Assembly: GCF_032444005.1 (NCBI RefSeq)
Contig: NC_091283.1
Span: forward strand, 37,014,001 to 37,078,000
DNA: 64,000 nt
Origin: Ranitomeya imitator
Lineage: Eukaryota
Direction of reading: 5' to 3'
The position numbers were made by a program, and so were the translations under genes. This document shows, piece by piece, positions 10,792-21,430 of this stretch; positions within the stretch are counted from its first letter, which is position 1, and the number at the start of each line of letters is the position of its first letter. Below the pieces are notes generated by a model. The model saw only the letters and a program-made list of their open reading frames with translations, was not told the origin of the DNA and ran no database searches.

Positions 10792-13700
10792 TGTTGTGAA
10801 TTCTGTGGCCAAGCTCCCTCCTGTGGATGAGAGTGGTACTGCGGCTTCTGAGTTTCCTTCCTCAGGTGATGAGGTTAAGTCGTTAGGTGCTGCTCTATTT
10901 AACTCCACCTGGTGCTTTGATCCTGGCCTCCAGTCAATGTTCTAGTATTGGTCTTGCTTCCTCCTGGATCGTTCCTGTGGCCTGTCTATCCTGCATAAGC
11001 TAAGTTTTGCTTGTGTTATTTTTGTTTGCTATTTTTTCTGTCCAGCTTGCTATATTGGTTTTTCTTGTTTGCTGGAAGCTCTGAGACGCAGAGGGAGCAC
11101 CTCCGTACCGTTAGTCGGTGCGGAGGGTCTTTTTGCCCCTCTGCGTGGTTGTTTGTAGGTTTTTGTGTTGACCGCAAAGCTATCTTTCCTATCCTCGGTC
11201 TATTCAGTAAGTCGGGCCTCACTTTGCTTAATCTATTTCATCTCTGTGTTTGTGTTTTCATCTTACTCACAGTCATTATATGTGGGGGGCTGCCTTTTCC
11301 TTTGGGGAATTTCTCTGAGGCAAGGTAGGCTTATTTTTCTATCTTCAGGGCTAGTTAGTTTCTCAGGCTGTGCCGAGTTGCATAGGGAGCGTTAGGCGCA
11401 ATCCACGGCTGCCTCTAGTGTGGTGTGTTAGGATTAGGGATTGCGGTCAGCAGAGTTCCCACGTCTCAGAGCTCGTCCTTTGTTTTTGGTATTTGTCAGG
11501 TCACTTTGTGTGCTCTGAACTTCAATGTCCATTGTGGTTCTGAATTACCTGTTCATAACAGTACTGAAGGCCCAAAGTACTAATGCTTCTCAATAGAGGG
11601 AAAAGAGAAGTTCTGAGACCATTTTTTTTTCTTTGCACTGTATTCTGTCTTTCTTTTCCCCTTTACATCAGGGTGGTTCAGAACACAGGTGTGGACATGG
11701 ACATTCAAGGTCTGTTCTCTTTGATGGATAATCTCGCTATAAATGTACAGAATATTCAAGATTTAGTGGTTCAGAATCCTATGTTAGAACCTAAAATTCC
11801 TATTCCTGAGTTATTTTCTGGAGATAGAGCTAAGTTTTTGAATTTTAAAAATAATTGTAAACTATTTCTGGCTTTGAAACCTCGCTCCTCTGGTGACCCA
11901 GTTCAACAAGTTAAGATCATTATTTCTTTATTACGTGGCGACCCTCAAGACTGGGCATTTTCCCTTGCGCCAGGAGATCCTGCATTATGTAATATTGATG
12001 CGTTTTTTCTGGCGTTCGGATTGCTGTACGACAAAACAAATTCAGTGGATCAGGCAGAGAAAAATTTGCTGGCTCTGTGTCAGGGTCAGGATGAGATAGA
12101 GATTTATTGTCAGAAGTTTAGAAAGTGGTCCGTGCTCACTCAATGGAATGAATGTGCGCTGGCAGCTATTTTCAGAAAGGGTCTCTCTGAAGCCCTTTAG
12201 TATGTCATGGTGGGATTTCCTATGCCTGCTGGTCTTAATGAGTCTATGTCTTTGGCCATTCAGATCGGTCGGCGCTTGCGCGAGCGTAAATCTGTGCACC
12301 ATTTGGCGGTATTATCTGAGCATGAACCTGAGCCTATGCAGTGCGATAGGACTTTGACCAGAGCTGAAAGGCAGGAACACAGACGTCAGAATGGGCTGTG
12401 TTTCTACTGTGGTGATTCCACTCATGCTATCTCCGATTGTCCCAAGCGCACTAAGCGGTTCGCTAGGTCTGCCACCATTGGTACGGTACAGTCGAAATTT
12501 CTTTTGTCCGTTACTTTGATCTGCTCTCTGTCTTCCTATTCTGTCATGGCATTTGTGGATTCAGGCGCTGCCCTGAATTTGATGGACTTAGAGTTTGCTA
12601 GGCGCTGTGGGTTTGTCTTGGAGCCCTTGCAGTGTCCTATTCCATTGAGAGGAATTGATGCTACGCCTTTGGCCAAGAATAAGCCTCAGTATTGGACCCA
12701 GCTGACCATGTGCATGGCTCCTGCGCACCAGGCGGATATTCGCTTTCTGGTGTTGTATAATCTGCATGATGTGGTCGTGTTGGGGTTGCCATGGCTACAA
12801 GTCCATAACCCAGTATTAGATTGGAATTCAATGTCTGTGTCCAGCTGGGGTTGTCAGGGGGTACATGGTGATGTTCCATTTCTGTCTATCTCATCATCCA
12901 CCCCTTCTGAGGTCCCAGAGTTCTTGTCTGATTACCGGGATGTATTCGATGAGCCCAAGTCCAATGCCCTACCTCCGCATAGGGATTGTGATTGTGCTAT
13001 CGATTTGATTCCTGGTAGTAAGTTTCCTAAGGGTCGACTGTTTAATTTATCTGTACCTGAGCACGCCGCTATGCGGAGTTACGTGAAGAAGTCTTTGGAG
13101 AAGGGTCATATTCGCCCGTCATCGTCGCCATTGGGAGCGGGGTTCTTTTTTGTGGCCAAGAAGGATGGTTTGCTGAGACCTTGTATTGATTACCGCCTTC
13201 TAAATAAAATTACGGTCAAATTTCAGTACCCCTTGCCGCTGCTGTCTGATTTGTTTGCTCGGATTAAGGGGGCCAGTTGGTTCACCAAGATAGATCTTCG
13301 TGGTGCGTATAATCTTGTGTGTATTAAACGGGGCGATGAATGGAAAACAGCATTTAATACGCCCGAAGGCCATTTTGAGTACCTGGTTATGCCATTCGGA
13401 CTTTCTAATGCTCCATCAGTGTTTCAGTCCTTTATGCATGACATCTTCCGAGAGTACCTGGATAAATTCCTGATTGTATACTTGGATGATAGTTTGGTCT
13501 TCTCGGATGATTGGGAGTCTCATGTGAAGCAGGTCAGAATGGTGTTCCAGGTCCTGCGTGCTAATTCTTTGTTTGTGAAGGGGTCAAAGTGTCTCTTTGG
13601 TGTTCAGAAGATTTCATTTTTGGGGTTCATTTTTTCTCCTTCTACTATCGAGATGGACCCTGTTAAAGTTCAGGCTATTTATGATTGGACTCAGCCAACA

Positions 13701-16507
13701 TATCTGAAGAGTCTGCAGAAGTTCCTGGGCTTTGCTAATTTTTATCGTCGCTTCATCGCTAATTTTTCTAGCATTGCTAAATCGTTGACTGATTTAACCA
13801 AGAAGGGTGCTGATGTGGTCAATTGGTCTTCTGCTGCTGTGGAAGCTTTTCAGGAGTTGAAGCGTCGTTTTTCTTCTGCCCCTGTGTTGTGCCAACCAGA
13901 TGTTTCGCTTCCGTTCCAGGTCGAGGTTGATGCTTCCGAGATTGGAGCAGGGGCTGTTTTGTCGCAGAGAAGTTCTGATTGCTCGGTGATGAAACCATGC
14001 GCCTTCTTTTCCAGGAAATTTTCGCCTGCTGAGCGAAATTATGATGTTGGCAATCGAGAGTTGCTAGCCATGAAATGGGCATTTGAGGAGTGGCGTCATT
14101 GGCTTGAAGGAGCTAAGCATCGCGTGGTGGTCTTGACTGATCACAAAAACTTGACTTATCTCGAGTCTGCCAAACGGTTGAATCCTAGACAGGCTCGTTG
14201 GTCGCTGTTTTTCTCCCGTTTTGACTTTGTGGTTTCGTACCTTCCGGGCTCTAAAAATGTGAAGGCGGATGCCCTGTCTAGGAGTTTTGTGCCCGATTCT
14301 CCGGGTTTGCCTGAGCCGGCGGGTATTCTCAAAGAGGGGGTAATTTTGTCTGCCATCTCCCCTGATTTGCGGCGGGTGCTGCAAAAATTTCAGGCTAATA
14401 AACCTGACCGTTGCCCAGCGGAGAAACTGTTTGTCCCTGATAGGTGGACGAATAAAGTTATCTCTGAGGTTCATTGTTCGGTGTTGGCTGGTCATCCTGG
14501 AATCTTTGGTACCAGAGATTTGGTGGCTAGATCCTTTTGGTGGCCGTCTCTGTCGCGGGATGCGCGTTCTTTTGTGCAGTCCTGTGGGATTTGTGCTCGG
14601 GCTAAGCCCTGCTGTTCTCGTGCCAGTGGGTTGCTTTTGCCCTTGCCGGTCCCGAAGAGGCCTTGGACACATATCTCTATGGATTTTATTTTGGATCTCC
14701 CCGTCTCTCAAAGAATGTCGGTCATTTGGGTGGTTTGTGATCGCTTCTTTAAGATGGTCCATTTGGTGCCCTTGTCTAAATTGCCTTCCTCCTCTGATTT
14801 GGTGCCGTTGTTTTTCCAGCATGTGGTTCGTTTACATGGCATTCCAGAGAACATCGTTTCTGACAGAGGTTCCCAGTTTGTTTCGAGGTTTTGGCGAGCC
14901 TTTTGTGCTAGGATGGGCATTGATTTGTCTTTTTCCTCGGCTTTCCATCCTCAGACAAATGGCCAGACTGAACGAACCAATCAGACCTTGGAAACATATC
15001 TGAGATGTTTTGTTTCTGCTGATCAGGATGATTGGGTGTCCTTTTTGCCTTTGGCTGAGTTTGCCCTTAATAATCGGGCCAGCTCGGCTACTTTGGTTTC
15101 GCCGTTTTTCTGCAATTCTGGGTTCCACCCTCGTTTCTCTTCAGGGCAGGTTGAGTCTTCAGACTGTCCTGGTGTGGATACTGTGGTGGATAGGTTGCAG
15201 CAGATTTGGACTCATGTAGTGGACAATCTGACTTTGTCCCAGGAGAAGGCTCAACGTTTTGCTAACCGCAGGCGCTGTGTGGGTCCCCGACTTCGTGTTG
15301 GGGATTTGGTTTGGTTGTCATCTCGTTATATTCCTATGAAGGTTTCCTCTCCTAAATTTAAGCCTCGTTTCATTGGTCCATATAGGATTTCTGAGGTTCT
15401 TAATCCTGTGTCTTTTCTTTTGACTCTTCCAGCTTCTTTTTCCATCCATAACGTGTTCCATAGGTCATTGTTGCGGAGATACGTGGCACCTGTGGTTCCA
15501 TCTATTGATCCTCCTGCTCCGGTTTTGGTTGAAGGGGAATTGGAGTATATAGTGGAGAAGATTTTGGATTCTCATGTTTCGAGACGGAAACTCCAGTATC
15601 TGGTTAAGTGGAAAGGTTATGGTCAGGAAGATAATTCCTGGGTCTTTGCCTCTGATGTCCATGCTGCCGATCTGGTTCGTGCCTTTCATGTGGCTCATCC
15701 TGGTCGGCCTGGGGGCTCTGGTGAGGGTTCGGTGACCCCTCCTCAAGGGGGGGGGTACTGTTGTGAATTCTGTGGCCAAGCTCCCTCTTGTGGATGAGAG
15801 TGGTACTGCGGCTTCTGAGTTTCCTTCCTCAGGTGATGAGGTTAAGTCGTTAGGTGCTGCTCTATTTAACTCCACCTGGTGCTTTGATCCTGGCCTCCAG
15901 TCAATGTTCTAGTATTGGTCTTGCTTCCTCCTGGATCGTTCCTGTGGCCTGTCTATCCTGCATAAGCTAAGTTTTGCTTGTGTTATTTTTGTTTGCTATT
16001 TTTTCTGTCCAGCTTGCTATATTGGTTTTTCTTGTTTGCTGGAAGCTCTGAGACGCAGAGGGAGCACCTCCGTACCGTTAGTCGGTGCGGAGGGTCTTTT
16101 TGCCCCTCTGCGTGGTTGTTTGTAGGTTTTTGTGTTGACCGCAAAGCTATCTTTCCTATCCTCGGTCACTTTGCTTAATCTATTTCATCTCTGTGTTTGT
16201 GTTTTCATCTTACTCACAGTCATTATATGTGGGGGGCTGCCTTTTCCTTTGGGGAATTTCTCTGAGGCAAGGTAGGCTTATTTTTCTATCTTCAGGGCTA
16301 GTTAGTTTCTCAGGCTGTGCCGAGTTGCATAGGGAGCGTTAGGCGCAATCCACGGCTGCCTCTAGTGTGGTGTGTTAGGATTAGGGATTGCGGTCAGCAG
16401 AGTTCCCACGTCTCAGAGCTCGTCCTTTGTTTTTGGTATTTGTCAGGTCACTTTGTGTGCTCTGAACTTCAATGTCCATTGTGGTTCTGAATTACCTGTT
16501 CATAACA
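10792..16507 (+). mobile_element. Full-length Ty3/Gypsy chromovirus-type (sushi-like) LTR retrotransposon
   Basis: LTRs 10792-11560 and 15759-16507, both TG...CA; G-rich PPT just before 15759; flanking duplication GACCGC (10786-10791 and 16508-16513). Confidence 0.97.
11692..15797 (+). pseudogene. gag-pol of the Gypsy element, one frame broken by a TAG at 12198-12200
   Basis: ORFs 11583-12200 and 12207-15797 are in the same frame. Contains capsid-like gag, CCHC knuckle (CFYCGDSTHAISDC), protease (FVDSGA), RT (YLDD), RNase H (VDAS...TDHKNL), integrase (SMDF, SDRG, QTER) and a C-terminal chromodomain (YIVEKILD...YLVKWKGY...NSW). Confidence 0.92.
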
Positions 16508-17549
16508 GACCGCACCAGGAAAGGAAGACCAAGAGTCACCTCTGCTTCTGAGGATAAGTTTATCCGAGTCACCAACCTCAGAAATAGAAGCTCAGATTAG
16601 AGACCAGGTCAATGCCACACAGAGTTCTAGCAGCAGACACATCTCTACAACAACTTTTAAGAGGAGACTTTGTGCAGCAGGCCTTCATGGTAAAATAGCT
16701 GCTAGGAAACCACTGCTAAGGACAGGCAACAAGCAGCAGAGACTTGTTTGGGCTAAAGAACACAAGGAATGGACATTAGACCAGTGGAAATCTGTGCTTT
16801 GGTCTGATGAGTCCAAATTTGAGATCTTTGATTCCAACCACCGTGTCTTTGTGCGACGCAGAAAAGGTGAACGGATGGACTCTACATGCCTAGTTCCCAC
16901 CGTGAAGCATGGAGGTGTGATGGTGTGGGGGTGCTTTGCTGGTGACACTGTTGGAGATTTATTCAAAACTGAAGGTATACTGGACCAGCATGGCTACCAC
17001 AGCATCTTGCAGCGGCATGTTATTCCATCTGGTTTGCGTTTAGTTGGACCATCATTTATTTTTCAACAGGACAATGACCCCAAACACACCTCCAGGCTGT
17101 GTAAGGGCTATTTGACCAAGAAGGAGAGTGATGGGGTGCTACGCCAGATGACCTGGCCTCCACAGTCACCAGACCTGAACCCAATCGAGATGGTTTGGGG
17201 TGAGCTGGACCTCAGAGTGAAGGCAAAAGGGCCAACAAGTGCTAAGCATCTCTGGGAACTCCTTCATGATTGTTGGAAGACCATTCCCGGTGACTACCTC
17301 TTGAAGCTCATCAAGAGAATGCCAAGAGTGTACAAAGCAGTCATCAAAGCAAAAGGTGGCTACCTTCAAAGAACCTAGAATATAAGACATAATTTCAGTT
17401 GTTCACACTTTTTTGTTAAGTATATAATTCCACATGTGCTAATTCATAGTTTTGATGCCTTCAGTGTGAATGTACAATTTTCATAGTCATAAAAATACAG
17501 AAAAATCTTCAAATGAGAAGGTGTGTCCAAACATACTGTACAGTATATA

Positions 17550-18910
17550 CAGGTGCTTCTCACAAATTCTCTAATGTTGATGATTATGGCTTACAGTCAG
17601 TGAAAAACCAAAAGTCGTTATCTCCGTAAATTAGAATAATTAACAAAAAACACCTGCAAAGGCTTCCTAAGCATTTATAAAGGTCCTTTAGTCTGTTTCA
17701 GTAGCTCCACAATCATGGGGAAGACTGCTGACTTGACAGATGTCCAGAAGGCGTCACTGACACACTCCTCAAGGAGGGGAAGCCACAAAAGGTCATTGCT
17801 ATAGAAGCCGGCTGTTCACACAGTGCTGTATCTAAGCATATTAATGGAAAGTGGAGTGGAAGGAAAAAGTGTGGCAGAAAAATGTGCACAAGCAACCGGG
17901 ATGACCGCAGCTTTGAAAGGATTGTTAAGAGAAGGCCATTCATAAATGTGGGGGAGATTCACAAGGAGCGGACTGCTGCTGGAGTCATTGCTTCAAGAGC
18001 CACCACACACAGACGTGTCCAGGACATGGGCTACAAGTGTCACATTCCTTGTGTCAGCCACTCATGACCAATAGACAACGCCAGAAGCGTCTTACCTGGG
18101 CCAAGGAGAAAAAGAACTGGACTGTTGTCAGTGGTCCAAGGTGTTGTTTTCAGATGAAAGTAAATTTTGCATTTTATTTGGAAATGAAGGTCCCAGAGTC
18201 TGGAGGAAGAGTGGAGAGACCACAATCCAAGCTGCTGGAGGTCTAGTGTGAAGTCTCCACAATCAGTGATGGTTTGGGAGCCATGTCATCTGCTGGTGTA
18301 GCTCCACTGTGTTTTATCAAGACCAAAGTCAGCACAGCCGTCTACAGGACATTGTAGAGCACTTCATGCTTCCCTCTGCCGACAAGCTTTTTGGAGATGG
18401 AAATTTCATTCTCCAGCAGGACTTGGCACCTGTCCGCACGGCCAAAAGTACCAATACCTGGTTTACAAACAACAGTATCTCTGTGCTTGATTGGCAGCAA
18501 ACTTGCCTGAAGATGAGAGACACAAGACCCAACAATGCTGGTGAGCTGAAGGCTACTATCAAAGCAACTTGGGCTTCCATAACCCCTCAGCAGTGCCAAA
18601 GGCTGATCGCCTCCAGTAATTGATGCAGATGGAGCCCTGACCAAGTATTGAGAGCATTTACTGAACATACATTTCAGATTTTAAAATCATTTTTCAAGCT
18701 GGTGTTATAAAGTATTCTAATTTACTGAGATAATGACTTTTGGGTTTTCATTGGCTGTAAGCCATAATCATCAACATTAACAGAAATAAACACTTGAAAT
18801 AGATCACTCTGTTTGTAATGACTTTATAATATTTGAGTTTCACTTTTTGTATTGAAGAACTGAAATAAATTAACTTTTTGATGATATTCTAATTTAGTGA
18901 GAAGAACGTG
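17550..18910 (+). mobile_element. Second, decayed Tc1-type transposon
   Basis: TA-CAGGTGCTTCTCAC on the left and degenerate inverted end GTGAGAAGAACGTG on the right. Frameshifted transposase from 17714 (MGKTADLTDVQK..., FSDESKF, QQDLAP); the catalytic Glu region is deleted. Confidence 0.85.
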
Positions 18911-19037
18911 TGTGTATACCGCTTGGTGGGCTGCTAGGAGTTGTTCAGTGATATCAGACACAACTCCAATGTGGCCGAGCTTCATGCTGTGGAACGTGCT
19001 GGTTTATATTATTTCCATCCTCTTGTCTTTCGGGCAG

Positions 19038-19358
19038 GTTCTGAAGGCAAACAACGTTTGCAGTCATGTCATGCGCTGGTCCCATCCTTCGCATCTCCGT
19101 TTCCGTGACTGCCTGTCTAGCCGCCCCTTACTCCCCAAATTCTGTGGCCTTTGCTCAGATGGACGTTTCTGTACACCGTTACTGAGTGAGACGCGCCCTG
19201 TGTTATTTCGATGTTCTCACCTCAACCGGAAGGTCACCCGCCAGGTTATGTGGGTGCAGAGGTGTCAGTGCGGGGGTAAGAGAGGAAAGAACAGGAAGAA
19301 GGACAAGGATGCGAGAAAGCCAAGCGAAGAGATGACAAACAGGGTGACAGATGATTAA
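19038..19358 (+). CDS. CCN-like gene, exon 6 (cystine-knot CT module, basic tail, stop)
   Basis: After tcttgtctttcgggcag: VLKANNVCSHVMRWSHPSHLRFRDCLSSRPLLPKFCGLCSDGRFCTPLLSETRPVLFRCSHLNRKVTRQVMWVQRCQCGGKRGKNRKKDKDARKPSEEMTNRVTDD*, with CCN CT motifs (PKFCG.C.DGR.CTP, F.C, V.W...C.C). The six exons total 1128 nt, an open 375-aa frame. Confidence 0.9.
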   Translation, partial: VLKANNVCSHVMRWSHPSHLRFRDCLSSRPLLPKFCGLCSDGRFCTPLLSETRPVLFRCSHLNRKVTRQVMWVQRCQCGGKRGKNRKKDKDARKPSEEMTNRVTDD

Positions 19359-19528
19359 ATCAATGCCAGGAAGGAGCCGCAAAGCTACAGTGGTCGTTCC
19401 TCGTTCCTACAAATGAGCCCTGAAACTGACGGTTCCATAAAAGGAGTCGGTGTCTGCGGGCGTCCGACGTAATCATACTCTGCCTCTCTGCAGAATCACT
19501 TATATGTTCTTCATCCACCAGTGAATGA

Positions 19529-19534
19529 AATAAA
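19529..19534 (+). terminator. Candidate polyadenylation signal of the CCN-like gene
   Basis: First AATAAA after the stop at 19358. Confidence 0.5.
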
Positions 19535-20089
19535 ATGCTATCACATGTTTCCGCCATCAGCCTTACCAATTATTGCCCCTAATGAAATGCAGATGATCGG
19601 TGGGGGGGTGGAATTCAGAATGGAAATGATTGTTCGAAAGTCTCACAGGATGCTGTGATCGTGCATGATTTGTATAGCACCAACACAGTCTATGGCTTTG
19701 TATTCATTCACATGGGTCCATGTGCACAGACGGTCTCAGCTCCTCTGATCTCGGGTAGCTAGATGGACATTAAAACCAAGGAGTAAAAATGAAACCAGAA
19801 GAAGCAGATGTCATCCTGGTAGGATTCTTACCCAAGGCGCAAGTTTTACATTGGTTCCATGCTGCAGGAGTGTTGCATGTTCTTAATTTTCCACAATCGC
19901 AGCCAAAACACATCACTTTGCCACAATCTTCCCAAACATTGTGGTTCTACCATGATTGCAAGAAAAAAAGTAACGCACCTTTGTGAACGCAGCCTTGAAG
20001 CTGATGTATTGTGGTGTCTGTGTGGGTGGATACAGACATGCTTCCTACTCTTAAAAATAGGATGGTGCAGGATGCCTGCTCGCCTAGGA

Positions 20090-21430
20090 CAACACTAGGA
20101 CACTGCTCGCCTAGGACGACACTAGTTGTCCTTGCACGATACCTGCTGGCCATGTATCTGCTGATGTTGCACGACACCAGCTGGCCGCCACGATACGTGC
20201 AGGCTGTTCACCACAACATCTGGCCTTGCATGATGCCTTCTGGTTGTGAACGATACCTGCTGGTCTTACACGATAGCTGCTGTCCTTGTGCAATAGCTGA
20301 TGGTTGTGCACAACATTAGCTGTCCTTCCACGATACCTACTGGCCATGTACGACACTGCCTGTCCTTGCTCGATACCTGCTGACTTTGCACAATACCTGC
20401 TGGACTTCCACGACACCAGCTGGCTGCCACAAATTCTGCAGGTTGTACACACCTGCTGGCCTTGCAGGATACCTGCTGGCCTTGCATGATACCTGCTGGC
20501 TTAGGCGATACCTGCTGGCTTAAACGATACCTGCTGGCTTAGACGATACCTGCTGGCCTTGCATGATACCTGTTGGCTTCGCAGGATACCTGCTGGCTTA
20601 GACGATACTTGCTGGCCTTGCATGATACCTGTTGGCCTTGCAGGATACCTGCTGGCTTAGACGATACCGGCTGGCTTAGACGACACTAGTTGTCCTTGCA
20701 CGATACCTGCTGGCCATGTATCTGCTGATGTTGCCCAATACCTGCTGGCCTTGCACGACACCAGCTGGCCGCCACGATACCTGCAGGCTGTTCACCACAA
20801 CATCTGGCCTTGCATGATGCCTTCTGGTTGTGAACGATACCTGCTGGCCTTACACGATAGCTGCTGTCCTTGTGCAATGGTTGTGCACAACATTAGCTGT
20901 CCTTCCACGATACCTACTGGCCATGTACGACACTGCCTGTCCTTGCTCAATACCTGCTGGTCTTCCACGACACCAGCTGGCTGCCACAAATTCTGCAGGT
21001 TGTACACACCTGCTGGCCTTGCATGACACCTGCTGGCTTAGATGACACCTGCTGGCCTTGCATGATACCTGCTGGCTTAGATGACACCTGCTGGCCTTGT
21101 AGGATACCTGCTCGCTTAGACAATATCTGCTGGCCTTGCATGATACCTGTTGGCCTTGCATGATACCTGCTGGCTTAGATGATACCTGCTGGCCTTGCAT
21201 GATACCTGCTGGCTTAGACGACACCTGCTGGCCTTGCATGATACCTGTTGGCCTTGCATGACACCTGCTGGCTTAGATGACACCTGCTGGCCTTGCACGA
21301 TACCTGCTGGCTTAGATGACACCTGCTGGCCTTGCAGGATACCTGCTCGCTTAGACGATACCTGCTGGCCTTGCATGATACCTGTTGGCCTTGCATGATA
21401 CCTGCTGGCTTAGATGACACTTGCTGGTGT
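20090..21430. repeat. 19-20 bp minisatellite (core GATACCTGCTGGC) with a block duplication of about 563 bp
   Basis: Alternating gcatgatacctgctggcctt and agacgatacctgctggctt units; the block starting near 20126 recurs near 20689. Confidence 0.9.

Larger units (their letters stand above)
10213..17538 (+). mobile_element. Tc1/mariner transposon, DD38E spacing, long TIRs, split by the Gypsy insertion
   Basis: TA-CAGTACAGACCAAAAGTTTGGACACACCTTCTCATTT on the left and its inverted copy ending ...tactg-TA on the right (about 10 nt deleted). Transposase starts at 10627 (MARKKQLSKEKQ...HEDR), resumes at 16514 (RKGRPRVTS...) and contains WSDE, QQDND and SPDLNPIE. A small deletion near 16590 shifts the frame. 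Confidence 0.92.

Noticed and set aside
11011-11395. Hydrophobic ORFs in the LTRs (also 15978-16178 and 39566-39955) as an env-like gene
   Set aside because: They lie wholly inside T-rich LTR sequence, are duplicated with the LTR and change frame with the 20-nt indel.
12198-12206. Programmed stop-codon readthrough between gag and pol
   Set aside because: The TAG lies upstream of the nucleocapsid zinc knuckle, inside gag, not at the gag/protease boundary; a nonsense mutation in a single gag-pol frame is simpler.
5892-19358. Assigning the symbol CCN5 or CCN6
   Set aside because: WTPCSRTCG resembles CCN6 but all 10 VWC cysteines are present, and the CT module excludes CCN5. No symbol is given without a phylogeny.
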